Shown: positions 36,193 to 46,566, numbered from the stretch's first letter. The stretch: DNA of 64,000 bases from Candidatus Uhrbacteria bacterium (GCA_016187485.1 JACPJO010000005.1:155519-219518); one strand, 5' to 3'. A program made the numbers and translations. Notes: a model not told the origin generated them from the letters alone.

Positions 36193-36220
36193 CACCCCTC
36201 CGGGTGCGTTTCTGCTTTTA
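36193..36220 (+). terminator. intrinsic-terminator-like hairpin GCACCCctccGGGTGC plus GTTTCTGCTTTT
   Basis: Read directly after the GGDEF stop. A member of the conserved 3' module family. Confidence 0.55.
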
Positions 36221-37489
36221 GAGGCGTGTGACGCGTGCATCGTCAATAAAGAGGCGCGTGCTCTTCGGTACGTTCCCAAAAAAGAGTGTGACATCCTCCG
36301 CTGTTGGCTGCGTCACGTTTCCGTAAAGACTCCGCGGGCCTTGACGAACATCAAGGTACACGCACTTCCATTCCGAACCGACAGGCGTTGAATAGGACTG
36401 CGTGATGGCCGAGTATGACTGCGTGCCACGCGTTTCTTTTGCGATGGTCACCGGCACGGAAGAACCGCCGTTGATGAACTTCATGCGCATGGAGACACGG
36501 TACCATTCTCCTTCCGAGAACAAATTCGTTACGTCATATCCCACGGCCTCGTCATAAAGGTACGGCGCTGTCCGCTCGCGGCCATTGTCTTGACCATAAC
36601 TCGCGTTGGAGAGTCCAAGTGACTGAAAACCGTCGTAGCTTTGCGTCGAGGTAAGTGTGTTGGCAACCGATGTGCCAGACGAATAATCATGCACGCTGGA
36701 TGTCCAGCTCGAGATAAGGGCACCAAAACGGAAGCGCGCGTCTATACCCACACCCGGCTCAAATGCGGTGCGCAAAACAAGTTCACCGTTCAACGGAGCA
36801 CAGGTATCGCCGGAAGGATTCGGACGAGGCGCAGGAGCGGAGGTCACCGTTGAGAGAGAAGCCGGAATATCCGAAAGGCGCGAGCGGTACCACTCCACCA
36901 CGGTCAGAGCGTCGGCGGGACGGTCAACAACGTAGAATCCCGGGCGATAAAACCAGGCCTCAAGGTTGCCCTTCACTGACCCACGGCGCTCGGCTTGCTT
37001 CAAGAAAAGGCGCGCCGTATCAGTCCCGCTCGGAAGAGAAAAAACTCCGTAACTGATGGCCCACACGTTTTCCGTGCCGGCATCGTGACGCATTTCCTGT
37101 CCTTGCATGTACGTGCGGATGCGCGTGCCGTCCATTAGGTATCCGTAGAGATAGGGAAGGCCCGTAATATCCATGGCATTCGCGTTTCCACGGTTGTCTA
37201 TACGTTGCGCTTTTGTGTACGCAATGAAAACCGCGTAGTTCCCGTCATTGTCGGAAAGAGACACGTCACGCGAGAGGAACATTTTTTGGTTCCCGCTCTC
37301 ACGCAAGATGACGCGACCATCGGAAAGGACACTTGGTCCGCCGGAGACCTCCCATTGGCCGACCGAACCGGCAAAGTTGGGACGGCTCGCAACAGATTCC
37401 ACCGAAATAGCCAGGGCAGGAATGGCAGGGGCGAGCAGGCTTGTGCTTGCAACAGCTATCGAGGCAACACGCACGAAAAAAGCTTTCAT
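36218..37489 (-). CDS. secreted hypothetical protein (signal peptide)
   Basis: N-terminus MKAFFVRVASIAVASTSLLAPAIPALA; 423 aa, beta-rich composition. Confidence 0.5.
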   Translation of the reverse strand: MKAFFVRVASIAVASTSLLAPAIPALAISVESVASRPNFAGSVGQWEVSGGPSVLSDGRVILRESGNQKMFLSRDVSLSDNDGNYAVFIAYTKAQRIDNRGNANAMDITGLPYLYGYLMDGTRIRTYMQGQEMRHDAGTENVWAISYGVFSLPSGTDTARLFLKQAERRGSVKGNLEAWFYRPGFYVVDRPADALTVVEWYRSRLSDIPASLSTVTSAPAPRPNPSGDTCAPLNGELVLRTAFEPGVGIDARFRFGALISSWTSSVHDYSSGTSVANTLTSTQSYDGFQSLGLSNASYGQDNGRERTAPYLYDEAVGYDVTNLFSEGEWYRVSMRMKFINGGSSVPVTIAKETRGTQSYSAITQSYSTPVGSEWKCVYLDVRQGPRSLYGNVTQPTAEDVTLFFGNVPKSTRLFIDDARVTRL

Positions 37490-37523
37490 AATGTGAAAAC
37501 CCTAGCAAAAAAAGGCGTTTTTG

Positions 37524-37739
37524 TCAATATTCTACGACTTTATGGCGAGACGCGCGCCCGCGGACAATTCGCAAAGTCGAGGGGGCCACCCCGAGCTCTT
37601 TTGCAAGCAGTCGGATCACCCCCTCGTTTGCCCGCCCATCGCTCGGCGGCGCCATAACCCAAACATCATAACTCCCGTCATCATTCCTGATCACAGCATC
37701 TTTTCCAGCTCCTGGATGGGCTTTTACCGCAAGACGCAT
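37524..37739 (-). CDS. DUF167/YggU-family protein
   Basis: MRLAVKAHPGAGKDAV...VWVMAPPSDGRANEGVIRLLAKELGV...IVRGRASRHKVVE matches the YggU pattern. Confidence 0.55.
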   Translation of the reverse strand: MRLAVKAHPGAGKDAVIRNDDGSYDVWVMAPPSDGRANEGVIRLLAKELGVAPSTLRIVRGRASRHKVVEY

Positions 37740-37740
37740 G

Positions 37741-40500
37741 TCACGCTCCGTGACACTTCTTATACTTTTTCCCGCTCCCGCATGGGCAGGGATCATTGCG
37801 ACCGACTTTCGCAACAGACACGGCAGGTTGTGCAGAGGAAATGACATCACTGGTTTTCGCGGGAGCAGAGAGGTGAATACCGCGCCGCTCAAAAACCGAC
37901 TTCGCCAACTCTTCTGCCTCGCGTGTCGCGGCCACGTGTTGAGCAAACTTGAAAAAATTGTTAGCCACTTCCATCGATACAGCCAGCAAAAGACGATTGA
38001 ACAGTCCAAACGCCTCGCGCCGATACTCAATAAGCGGATCGCGCTGGCCGTAGCCGCGCAAGTTCACGCTTTGGCGGAGTGCCGTCATCACATCGAGGTG
38101 ATCAATCCACAACCGGTCAATGCTACGCAAAATTACTGCGCGTTCCAAATCCCGCAAATCCTTGCGGTCAGCAAACCGCCCCTCCAGCTCGTCGTACGCT
38201 CGCCGTACCACTGCCATAAGCTTCTCGGAAATCTCTGTGCGCGCTTTGGCGGTGCCCGCCTTTGAGACGCTGGTTTCCTTCAACAGGGGGGAGATTTCTT
38301 CCTGCTCAGCAACCGAAAGCGGCAACATCGCGGAAAGTGTCTCAAGGATCTCTTTGCGATTCGTATCGCCCTTCGCCGGCAGTGCTTCTTGAAATTGTGC
38401 GGGCACATGCACCTCTTCGCCTGTGTGAAACATCACCACTTCCTCGAGGGCCTCATCAAAGTGACCCAAGATAAGCTCGCGCAGGGCTTGCGGCTCTCCC
38501 CCATCATACGCCTCTAGCACGGCGCGACGATTTTTATACACAACTTCACGATGGCGATTAAGCACGTCGTCATAGGAGAGCAGATGTTTGCGCGCATCGT
38601 AATTGTTGCCCTCCACACGCTCCTGCGCCTTTTCAAGCGAGCGCGATACCATCTTATTTTCAATCGGCATGTCGTCGGGGATGCCCATGCGATCCATCAA
38701 GCGCTTCATGCGATCGCTGCCGAAAATGCGCATGAGGTCATCCTCCATCGAGACGTAAAATTGCGTCGCGCCCGGATCCCCCTGACGTCCCGACCGCCCG
38801 CGGAGCTGATTATCAATGCGCCGCGCTTCGTGCCGCTCGGTGCCGATGACCGCCAACCCGCCGAGTTCACGCACCGCTCTCGCCTCCTCGGGATCGGATG
38901 GATTTCCGCCAAGCACAATGTCCACACCGCGTCCCGCCATGTTCGTCGCAACCGTCACCGCACCGCGCCGACCAGCCTGCGCAATAATTGCCCCCTCTCG
39001 CTCGTGATTTTTTGCATTCAGTATTTCAAACGGAAGCCCCTCGGCCGTCATCATCTGCCCGAACAGTTCATTCTTTTCAATAGAAGCCGTGCCCACCAAA
39101 ACAGGCTGGCCTTGTTCATGCAAACGCTTGATTTCTGCAATCACAGCGCGGAATTTTCCAAGCTCGGATTTATATACACGGTCTGGCAGGTCCGTACGCG
39201 AAGACGGTCTGTTCGGCGGGATGATGATGACATCCATACCGTAGGTTTTGTGGAACTCCTCCGCGTCTGTGGCACCCGTTCCTGTCATGCCCGCGAGTTT
39301 CTCGTAGAGCCGAAAATAATTTTGAAACGTGATCGTTGCGAGCGTTTGGCTCTCCTGTTTGATCGTTACGCCTTCTTTCGCCTCAATAGCTTGGTGCAAA
39401 CCCTCCGAATATCGCCGTCCCTCCATCAACCGGCCGGTGAACTCATCAACAATAATGATTTCCCCCTCGCGCACCACGTAATCCTTATCACGGCGATAGA
39501 GCGCGTGCGCCCGGAGCGCCTCCTCCATGTGGTGCACCATCTCGGCTCCCTGCGCCGTGTACAAATTTTCCACTCCGAGCGCTTGCTCCACGCGACTGAT
39601 GCCTTCATCCGTAAGCGTCGCCGCACGCAATTTCTCGTCCACATTATAGTGCGTGCCCACCGTAAGCTCGGCAGCGATATGTGCGCACGTCATGTACAGA
39701 GAACTCGGCGTCTCGGATGGCGCCGAAATAATAAGCGGGGTGCGCGCTTCGTCAATCAAAATGGAGTCCACCTCATCTACAATCGAATAAAAAAGCGGTC
39801 GCTGAACGAGCTGTTCCGTCCGGATCACCATGTTGTCACGCAAGTAATCAAACCCAAACTCATTGTTCGTGCCGTACGTGACGTCCGCAGCGTACGCCTC
39901 TTTGCGCGAGACGGGACGCAAATAATCCATGTCCACGCGGAACGATCCCGTCGCATCACGTTTCGCATCTGACGCCTCTTCATTCTCCACATGGCGATAC
40001 GCAGGATCATAGACAAAACTCGCGTCGTGCTGAATGCATCCCACACTCATACCAAGCGCATAAAACACTTGTCCCATCCACACGGCATCACGCTTGGCAA
40101 GATAATCGTTGACCGTCACGAGATGCGCGCCCTTTTTTGCAAGGGCATTCACATAAAGCGGCGCAGTGGCCGTGAGCGTCTTTCCCTCGCCCGTGCGCAT
40201 TTCTGCAATGTTGCCGTCGTGCAACGCCATGCCACCCGCCATCTGCACGTCGTAATGCCGCTGGCCAAGCGTGCGGCGCGCCGCCTCGCGCACCACCGCA
40301 AACGCCAGAGGCAAGAGCGCATCAAGCGTCTCGCCCGTAGCAAGCCGCGCCCGAAACTTCTCCGTTTGTTCTTTCAGCTCGTCTGCCGAGAGAGTCGTGA
40401 CAGACGGCTCTAACGCGTTGATGTCTGCCACGCGTTTGAGATACGTCTGCTGTTTTTTTACGCTTGGATCCGGAAATAACCGATTAAGCCATTGGGCCAT
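37741..40500 (-). CDS. secA: preprotein translocase ATPase SecA
   Basis: [24 protein letters not shown]-like motor motifs, C-terminal zinc finger [14 protein letters not shown]. Start trimmed to MAQWLNRLF. Confidence 0.9.
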   Translation of the reverse strand: MAQWLNRLFPDPSVKKQQTYLKRVADINALEPSVTTLSADELKEQTEKFRARLATGETLDALLPLAFAVVREAARRTLGQRHYDVQMAGGMALHDGNIAEMRTGEGKTLTATAPLYVNALAKKGAHLVTVNDYLAKRDAVWMGQVFYALGMSVGCIQHDASFVYDPAYRHVENEEASDAKRDATGSFRVDMDYLRPVSRKEAYAADVTYGTNNEFGFDYLRDNMVIRTEQLVQRPLFYSIVDEVDSILIDEARTPLIISAPSETPSSLYMTCAHIAAELTVGTHYNVDEKLRAATLTDEGISRVEQALGVENLYTAQGAEMVHHMEEALRAHALYRRDKDYVVREGEIIIVDEFTGRLMEGRRYSEGLHQAIEAKEGVTIKQESQTLATITFQNYFRLYEKLAGMTGTGATDAEEFHKTYGMDVIIIPPNRPSSRTDLPDRVYKSELGKFRAVIAEIKRLHEQGQPVLVGTASIEKNELFGQMMTAEGLPFEILNAKNHEREGAIIAQAGRRGAVTVATNMAGRGVDIVLGGNPSDPEEARAVRELGGLAVIGTERHEARRIDNQLRGRSGRQGDPGATQFYVSMEDDLMRIFGSDRMKRLMDRMGIPDDMPIENKMVSRSLEKAQERVEGNNYDARKHLLSYDDVLNRHREVVYKNRRAVLEAYDGGEPQALRELILGHFDEALEEVVMFHTGEEVHVPAQFQEALPAKGDTNRKEILETLSAMLPLSVAEQEEISPLLKETSVSKAGTAKARTEISEKLMAVVRRAYDELEGRFADRKDLRDLERAVILRSIDRLWIDHLDVMTALRQSVNLRGYGQRDPLIEYRREAFGLFNRLLLAVSMEVANNFFKFAQHVAATREAEELAKSVFERRGIHLSAPAKTSDVISSAQPAVSVAKVGRNDPCPCGSGKKYKKCHGA

Positions 40501-40548
40501 AGTGGACACAAGGATAGCCGAAACCGCCCAAGAAATCAATGCGCTGAG

Positions 40549-40884
40549 CTACATTTTGTCCGGCCTTTGCGCTTTCTTTCGCCGGTCAGCCAAACGCTCC
40601 TTAAAATCCACAATTTGTCGGCGTAATTCATCACGTGCGCCATCGATAGCCGCATACAAATCCTCGTGCTCTTCTTCCGCCTGAAAGTGATTGGCTCCCA
40701 AGTGAAGATGGAACGTCGCACGAAAATACGGTCCTTTGTTATGGTGTTTCGTCTCCTTCCCCACTTCCGCATCCAACTCCAGAGACTCGTGGCCTTCAAG
40801 CATTTTTAAAATAGGCTCAAGGCGCTTCTGGACGTATTCGGCAATGGAAGGCGTGAGTTCAATGTTGAGGGATTTTATGTTCAT
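40549..40884 (-). CDS. hpf: ribosome hibernation promoting factor / RaiA family
   Basis: 111 aa; LNIELTPSIAEYV...ELDAEV...FRATFHLHL pattern of the YfiA/HPF family. Confidence 0.75.
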   Translation of the reverse strand: MNIKSLNIELTPSIAEYVQKRLEPILKMLEGHESLELDAEVGKETKHHNKGPYFRATFHLHLGANHFQAEEEHEDLYAAIDGARDELRRQIVDFKERLADRRKKAQRPDKM

Positions 40885-41843
40885 ATAAGAAATTGTATCT
40901 CTTCTTGCAACTGAATGCCAAGCGCGTTTCGGACACGGGATTTAAGAAGAGCGATGAGCTGCATAATGTCGTCCGCCGTGGCTTTTCCTTCATTCACCAA
41001 AAAGTTTCCGTGCACATTGCTCACCTTCGCGCCACCGACCGCCGTGCCTTTGAGATCGAGCTGATCTATTATCCATCCGGCACCGATGCGGCGTGACGCC
41101 AACATGCTTTCGGGCAGATGAAAGTGTTCTTGCAAACGCGCAAGCTCGGCGTCGTCTTTCACTTCGTAGTTTTTGAAAATGCATCCGGCCGAGCCGACAT
41201 TGGTCGGCTGAGACGCCTTGCGCGACGCCACGTGCTCATCAAGCTGTTTCTTTAATTCTTCGGCGTTCCCCCATTCCAACATAAATGTTGCCGAAAGCAC
41301 CACCCAGTCTTTTCCGCTTGGCTCCTTGAAAATGGAGTGGCGATAGCGCAAGAAAAGTTCCGCGGCCGATAGAGAAACAATAACGCCTTCCGCGGGTTTA
41401 TAGAGAGAAACGGATGCCAGATGATCTTTTGTCTCGCCGCCGAAACATCCCGCGTTCCCTCGCACGGCACCACCGACAGTTCCCGGAAGCGAGATCATCC
41501 ACTCAAGTCCAGCAAGCCCAGCCTCTGCCGTCTTTCGTGCAAGAAGACCCGAAGGAACACCCGCCCCCGCGATCACCTGCATCCCCTCGATCGCCACATC
41601 GCGTAGCGCCGGCACAAGGACGAGCGCATCCACGCCGGTATCGGCCACAAGCGTGTTCGACCCTCCGCCGTGGACAATCACGCGCACGCCATCCGTTCGC
41701 GCCGCCTCAAACGCCCTCATAATCTCCTCCGCTGACTGCGCTTCCACATAAAAACGTGCGGGCCCGCCAATGCGAAAATTGGTGTGTTTGCTCATGAGTT
41801 CGTTTTCCTTGAGCCGCGTACCGAATATCGTTTTGAGATGCAT
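40881..41843 (-). CDS. murB: UDP-N-acetylenolpyruvoylglucosamine reductase MurB
   Basis: HTNFRIGGPARF, HGGGSNTLV FAD-binding motifs. Start trimmed to MHLKT. Confidence 0.8.
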   Translation of the reverse strand: MHLKTIFGTRLKENELMSKHTNFRIGGPARFYVEAQSAEEIMRAFEAARTDGVRVIVHGGGSNTLVADTGVDALVLVPALRDVAIEGMQVIAGAGVPSGLLARKTAEAGLAGLEWMISLPGTVGGAVRGNAGCFGGETKDHLASVSLYKPAEGVIVSLSAAELFLRYRHSIFKEPSGKDWVVLSATFMLEWGNAEELKKQLDEHVASRKASQPTNVGSAGCIFKNYEVKDDAELARLQEHFHLPESMLASRRIGAGWIIDQLDLKGTAVGGAKVSNVHGNFLVNEGKATADDIMQLIALLKSRVRNALGIQLQEEIQFLI

Positions 41844-41880
41844 ACAAGTAAGGATCTTAGCTCCTGACAGATCGAGTTCA

Positions 41881-43161
41881 TTAGGAGCTAAGCTCCTGAC
41901 TGAATGAGTTTTGGTTGAACTTCCGGGCAACTTCATCAATGTCTCCGGCGCCCTGGAAAAAGAGTACGTCTCCCGGTTTTGCGAGTTCTCGCACCATCCG
42001 ATTCGTTGCCTCAAGACTCTCGGTATAGAAGATGGCCACATCAGGATGGTTTTTCTTCACCGCCTCCACAATATCACGGCTCGAGACGTGCGTGTCCTCG
42101 GTGCGGCCGGCAACGCCATAGATCTCAGGAACAATCGTGAGGTCTGCCGCCGTCCCCAAAGCAGCAACAAAATCACTGAACAACTCCCTTGTTCGCGCGT
42201 GCTGATGCGGCTGGAAAATATGTACCAGACGACGACGGGGAAAAGCCTCGCGCGCCGCGGCAAGAGCAACCTTGATCGCTGTTGGGTGATGTCCGTAGTC
42301 CGAATAAACATCCGCGCCGTTCCACGTGCCGACATGTTCAAACCGCCGCCAGATGCCGGGAAACTCCTCGAGTGCCTTGCGTGCTACACCCTCGTCGACA
42401 CTAAGCGTCCGCGCCACCGCCATTGCTCCCGCCGCGTTACGTTGGTTGTAAGGACCGGGGATACGAAGGTGAATATCAAGCTCGGGTTCCTTCTCGACCC
42501 AAATGGATTTTTCGGACTGCTTGGCAAACTGCTCCATTGTTTCCTGCACGTGCCCGACATTGCGATAAAAATCTGGGTGATCCATTTCGACGTTGGTGAT
42601 CACTCCAATTTTTGGGTGGATGAGAAGATGATTGGCGAGATGTTCGCACGCCTCTATCACCAACTGGGGGGGCTGCCCCGGGGCTGCCCCGGGACGGTTC
42701 CCTCCTAGACGAATGTTCCCGTCCCAGCCGGGAACGCGCGAGCCGACAATAACAGTCGGGTCAAGCCCCGCAGCTTCTAAAACTTTTCCAACCATGGCAG
42801 TGGTAGTGGATTTGCCGTGCGTACCCGTGACCGCAATCGTGAAGTACCCCTTTGCAAGCTCACCCAAAAATTGCGCCAGAGTAAGCTGCCTGATCCCCCG
42901 CGCCTTTGCCGTCAGCCGTTCGGGGTTGGTTTCCGGCACTGCCGAGGAGTAAACAATCAGATTGCAATCGTTTGGAATGTTTTCCGCTTTGTGGTCCAGG
43001 TGAATTATGGCGCCGGCCTCTACAAGATCATCAACAAAAAGTCCTCCGTGAAGGTCAGAGCCGGTGACTTTGCACCCCCACCCTAAAAAAAGCTTCCCCA
43101 CGGCAGAAACCCCCACTCCGCCCGCACCGACCAAATGGACATGATGAACGTGGTCAAACAT
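41881..43161 (-). CDS. murC: UDP-N-acetylmuramate--L-alanine ligase MurC
   Basis: VHLVGAGGVGVSAVG, GTHGKSTTTAM, DVYSDYGHHP motifs. Confidence 0.85.
   Translation of the reverse strand: MFDHVHHVHLVGAGGVGVSAVGKLFLGWGCKVTGSDLHGGLFVDDLVEAGAIIHLDHKAENIPNDCNLIVYSSAVPETNPERLTAKARGIRQLTLAQFLGELAKGYFTIAVTGTHGKSTTTAMVGKVLEAAGLDPTVIVGSRVPGWDGNIRLGGNRPGAAPGQPPQLVIEACEHLANHLLIHPKIGVITNVEMDHPDFYRNVGHVQETMEQFAKQSEKSIWVEKEPELDIHLRIPGPYNQRNAAGAMAVARTLSVDEGVARKALEEFPGIWRRFEHVGTWNGADVYSDYGHHPTAIKVALAAAREAFPRRRLVHIFQPHQHARTRELFSDFVAALGTAADLTIVPEIYGVAGRTEDTHVSSRDIVEAVKKNHPDVAIFYTESLEATNRMVRELAKPGDVLFFQGAGDIDEVARKFNQNSFSQELSS
42669..42690. repeat. tandem 2 x 11-bp palindromic unit GGGGCTGCCCC inside murC (encodes an extra PGAAPGQPP-like segment)
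   Basis: Read directly. The unit is its own reverse complement. Confidence 0.7.
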
Positions 43162-43180
43162 GGGGAAAGTGTAGCATCTA

Positions 43181-43209
43181 TTGACAAAATGGCCTATTTT
43201 TGCTAAATT
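43181..43209 (+). promoter_or_regulatory. sigma70-like promoter: TTGACA, 17-bp spacer, TAAATT
   Basis: Read directly, upstream of the GC-rich gene at 43294. Confidence 0.45.
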
Positions 43210-43293
43210 AGCGCGTCATGCTAGCGGGAATTTCCCGTTGGCCTCTGATCGGCTTTTGTGCCGTTCGACCATTTGAAAGATTGGAACAATGCC

Positions 43294-44043
43294 ATGACCG
43301 ACCCCGATTCCCCGACCGAGACCGAGCCCACGGACAAGATGACCACCGGCGACAAGATCCTCTTCAGCATCGTGCTCCTCATCATCATCGGAAGCGCCTG
43401 GTTCAGCATCAGCAACACGCGGGATCTCCGGAAGGACAAGGCGCAGATCGCCATCCTGGAGCAGAAGTTGGCGACGCACGACGAGTACATCGACCAGCAC
43501 CTCTCGGGAGACCTGCCGGAGAACTTCATCCTCGGGCAGTGGGTGACCGACCAGGAGAAGGCCATCAAGGACATCAACGCCGCACTGGGCCCCTACAAGG
43601 ACAACGACGTCCTGCCGGTCATCTCGGGCGCACTCAAGGTCCACAACGTCGCCACGCTCGTCGGGCTCGTGAAGGCCCTCGACAGCGACATGGACGGGAT
43701 CACGAACGAACGCGACCTCTGCCCGAACGAGTCCACGATGGATCCTGCCACCGTCCCCGACGTGAACCAGGACGGCTGCAACGACGATACGGACAGCACC
43801 GCCCGACTGGCCAAGTTCGGGATCAACGGCGTCAAGGGCGTGCGGAAGGTCGGCGCCAGCTGGCGCGTGACCTACACCGCCACGGCCAAGTCCCCGGCCG
43901 ACGAGGCCGAGATCAAGTTCGAGGTCTCGTGCCTGGCCCTCGACAACGAGGGCAAGGAGCTCGCGGCAGACGCCACGATCGCCGACGGATGGACGCCGAC
44001 CAACGTCGACAAGTGCTTTGTCCGGCCCGCCTCCGCAAGCTGA
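43294..44043 (+). CDS. GC-rich membrane-anchored protein with thrombospondin-type-3-like DxDxDG calcium-binding motifs
   Basis: N-terminal TM helix ILFSIVLLIIIGSAWF. DSDMDGITNERDLCPNE and DVNQDGCNDDTD motifs. GC3-biased. Paralogous to 44379..45086. Confidence 0.55.
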   Translation: MTDPDSPTETEPTDKMTTGDKILFSIVLLIIIGSAWFSISNTRDLRKDKAQIAILEQKLATHDEYIDQHLSGDLPENFILGQWVTDQEKAIKDINAALGPYKDNDVLPVISGALKVHNVATLVGLVKALDSDMDGITNERDLCPNESTMDPATVPDVNQDGCNDDTDSTARLAKFGINGVKGVRKVGASWRVTYTATAKSPADEAEIKFEVSCLALDNEGKELAADATIADGWTPTNVDKCFVRPASAS

Positions 44044-44127
44044 TCGGCACCAACGCGACAGGGGCCGGCTCGGGGCAACACTCCGAGCCGGCCTCCGCCG
44101 CTCACTCGCTCTTTCTCTCTCCTCAAA

Positions 44128-44157
44128 CCTCCCATCCCTGGGAGGTTTCGTGCTTTT
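44128..44157 (+). terminator. hairpin CCTCCCatccctGGGAGG plus TTTCGTGCTTTT (conserved 3' module)
   Basis: Read directly downstream of the stop at 44043. Confidence 0.5.
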
Positions 44158-44161
44158 AAAT

Positions 44162-44187
44162 TCTCTCTAAGAGATCTCTTAGAGAGA
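44162..44187. repeat. REP-like perfect palindrome TCTCTAAGAGATCTCTTAGAGA (family A)
   Basis: Read directly. A related half-site CCTCACTTAGAGAGAA lies at about 44249-44266. Confidence 0.75.
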
Positions 44188-44378
44188 AAATACTGGGGGA
44201 GAGCTTCTTGTGCTTACTTTAGAGCTTAATATCGTCAATCCCACTTGTCCTCACTTAGAGAGAATTTCCCGTGGTATTAACCGCTGTTGACTTTTTCTCT
44301 AAATTCATCTAACCTCCTCCCCTTGTGCCGGGCAATCCTTGTCCGCCACATTCGCCCTTTGGGCAAAGGAAGACGGGC

Positions 44379-45086
44379 ATGTCCGACCCCGCTTTGGGCG
44401 CTTCTGGCGCCACCAACAAGAACAAGGAAGATGAGCCCGGAGCGCTCGACAAGATCTTCAGCGCGAGCGTTCCCGTCTGGGTGTTCCTCATGTTCGTCAT
44501 CATGCTCGGGCTCATGCACTTCTTCTGGGGCGTGAGCCGGGGACGCACGGACAAGATCGCGAGGCGCGTTGCCCAAATCGCCGTGCCCCTCGAGCACGCG
44601 GCGAAGGCCAGCAACAAGTCCACGACCGAGATCGCGGACTCACTGGTCGAGGTGGGCAACAGCGAGACGCTCGTGCGGCTCCGCGCGCTCGACCCGAAGG
44701 TGGTGGATCACCTCGTGGCGGAGTTCACCGACCAGGACGAGGACGGCCTCCCGGACTACAAGGACACCTGCCCCATGAAGCCGCCACGGAACTTCCCGCA
44801 AGGCTTCCCGCCGACCTACTACCCCAACGACTGGAACAAGGACGGCTGCGACGACGACGAGCGCGACGTCTCCGGCCTCCTCGCCACGATCGTCACGGGA
44901 AGACTCGGCTGGCGTGAGATCGTCGGCCACGAGACTCGGTTCGTCTACCAGGCGAACGGGTACACCGTCTTCTGCGTCCCGCTCGACGCGAACGGCCGGC
45001 CCTACGAGCCCACCACCCCCGGGGGCCTGGCGTCGGACCCGCCCAACGTGGGCACCTGCCTCGTCCGGGGCCCGTTCTACCACTAG
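44379..45086 (+). CDS. GC-rich membrane-anchored paralog with DxDxDG motifs
   Basis: RBS AAGGAAG. TM helix VWVFLMFVIMLGLMHFFW. DQDEDGLPDYKDTCPMK, NKDGCDDDERD. Confidence 0.55.
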   Translation: MSDPALGASGATNKNKEDEPGALDKIFSASVPVWVFLMFVIMLGLMHFFWGVSRGRTDKIARRVAQIAVPLEHAAKASNKSTTEIADSLVEVGNSETLVRLRALDPKVVDHLVAEFTDQDEDGLPDYKDTCPMKPPRNFPQGFPPTYYPNDWNKDGCDDDERDVSGLLATIVTGRLGWREIVGHETRFVYQANGYTVFCVPLDANGRPYEPTTPGGLASDPPNVGTCLVRGPFYH

Positions 45087-45105
45087 TACGTTCCTTCTTT
45101 TCAAT

Positions 45106-45131
45106 CCAGCCCACGGCTGGATTTCGCTTTG
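45106..45131 (+). terminator. hairpin CCAGCCcacGGCTGG plus ATTTCGCTTTG preceded by a CT-tract (conserved 3' module)
   Basis: Read directly after the stop at 45086. Confidence 0.5.
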
Positions 45132-45165
45132 TCAACTAGTAACAACTCAAGTAGAATGTGGCAGT

Positions 45166-46455
45166 ATGTTACACCAAACCGACCCACAGATTGCCGAGTA
45201 TCTCGAGGCTGAGCTGGAGCGTTCTCGACGCGGACTCGAGATGATTCCTTCCGAGAACTTTGTAAGTCAAGCCGTACTCGAGGCGCTCGGTTCCGTTGGC
45301 ACCAACAAATACTCCGAAGGATATCCCGGCATGCGTTACTATGGGGGGAACGAATTCGTGGACGCGATCGAAAATGTGGCACGCGATCGGGCAAAAGCGT
45401 TGTTTGGAGTTTCGCACGCTAATGTTCAGCCGGCGTCGGGATGTGCGGCCAACATTGCCGTCATGTTTGCTTTATTGAACCCAGGCGACACGCTCATGGG
45501 AATGTCCCTTCCCTTTGGTGGTCACATGACACACGGACTCAAAGTAAATTTCTCTGGCCGGTATTACAACTCCGTTCAATACACGGCGACAAAAGATGGA
45601 TGGATGGATTTTGAAGAGATGCAAAAACTTGCCGAAGAACACAAACCAAAACTCATCATTGTAGGAGCCACGGCTTATCCGCGCGTGATTGATTGGGCAA
45701 AGGCACGACAGGTTGCCGACACGGTTGGAGCGTTCCTTTTAGCCGACATCTCTCACGTTGCAGGTCTTATTATTTCTGGTGACCATCCCTCCCCCGCCGG
45801 TATCGCGGACGTCATCACTACGACCACACACAAAACGCTTCGTGGCCCGCGTGGCGCGATGATTCTGTGCAACGGCAATCCTTCACAACCGCTTAAACCC
45901 GCCGACGTGACAAAAGAGAATATCCCCACGCTTGTTGATCGTGCGATCATCCCAGGTATTCAAGGCGGGCCGCATAATCACCAAACCGCCGCCATCGCCG
46001 TCGCTCTCCACGAGGCGGCACGAGATTCATTCAAAGAGTACGGCCACCAAATCGTGAGGAATGCGAAAGCGCTCGCGGGCGCACTCACGGGGCATGGTTT
46101 TGAGCTTGTCACGGGAGGAACTGATAACCACTTGATGGTCGTCGACCTCACGAACAAAGGGCTAAGCGGTAAGGAAGCAGGAATTGCACTCGATAAAGCC
46201 GGTATCACGGTCAACAAAAACACCGTGCCATTTGACATACGCAAGCCATTCGACCCTTCGGGCATCCGGCTTGGCACGCCGGCGCTCACGACCCGTGGCA
46301 TGAAGGAGAGCGAGATGATCGAAATCGCCGGATACATTGCAGAGGCCGTTGCCCAACATACCGATGAGGCAAAACTTGCCGCCATCAAACAGTCCGTCCG
46401 CACCCTCACTGACCGTTTTCCCCTTTACCCTTCCCTCACTTATCTCTCTAAGTGA
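45166..46455 (+). CDS. glyA: serine hydroxymethyltransferase
   Basis: EMIPSENFVS, GYPGMRYYGG, PLP-Lys context TTTHKTLRGPRG. The long GC-rich N-terminal extension in the track is rejected as an artefact. Confidence 0.9.
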   Translation: MLHQTDPQIAEYLEAELERSRRGLEMIPSENFVSQAVLEALGSVGTNKYSEGYPGMRYYGGNEFVDAIENVARDRAKALFGVSHANVQPASGCAANIAVMFALLNPGDTLMGMSLPFGGHMTHGLKVNFSGRYYNSVQYTATKDGWMDFEEMQKLAEEHKPKLIIVGATAYPRVIDWAKARQVADTVGAFLLADISHVAGLIISGDHPSPAGIADVITTTTHKTLRGPRGAMILCNGNPSQPLKPADVTKENIPTLVDRAIIPGIQGGPHNHQTAAIAVALHEAARDSFKEYGHQIVRNAKALAGALTGHGFELVTGGTDNHLMVVDLTNKGLSGKEAGIALDKAGITVNKNTVPFDIRKPFDPSGIRLGTPALTTRGMKESEMIEIAGYIAEAVAQHTDEAKLAAIKQSVRTLTDRFPLYPSLTYLSK

Positions 46456-46469
46456 TCACTAAGTGAGGA
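46443..46469. repeat. REP-like element TCTCTCTAAGTGATCACTAAGTGAGGA (family A) overlapping the glyA stop
   Basis: Read directly. Followed by GATAACTGGGGTTGACAAGAA, a 50-bp block nearly identical to 52688-52737. Confidence 0.7.
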
Positions 46470-46521
46470 TAACTGGGGTTGACAAGAACAAGAAAAAGTG
46501 TTTACATAACCACAGCTTAAC

Positions 46522-46556
46522 AAATCTCCCCCTTGAGCTGGGAGATTTGTTTTTTC
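46522..46556 (+). terminator. rho-independent terminator AAATCTCCCccttgagctGGGAGATTT plus T-run
   Basis: 9-bp stem followed by GTTTTTTCT, downstream of glyA. Confidence 0.6.
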
Positions 46557-46566
46557 TAAACAAAAC

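Noticed and set aside
38551-39972. 473-aa plus-strand ORF antisense to secA, and similar long antisense ORFs (17315..18295, 18305..19093, 41911..42708, 43218..44159, 23650..24381, 25447..26217, 29746..30765)
   Set aside because: These lie fully inside well-supported genes on the opposite strand or in an alternate frame. They have no motifs and their composition is consistent with shadow ORFs.
44914-45165. N-terminal extensions of glyA (from 44914) and dnaB (from 49509) in the ORF track
   Set aside because: The extensions are low-complexity and overlap upstream genes or terminators. The conserved N-termini of GlyA (MLHQTDPQIAEYL) and DnaB (MAGIDRVPPHNLEAE) start at internal ATGs.
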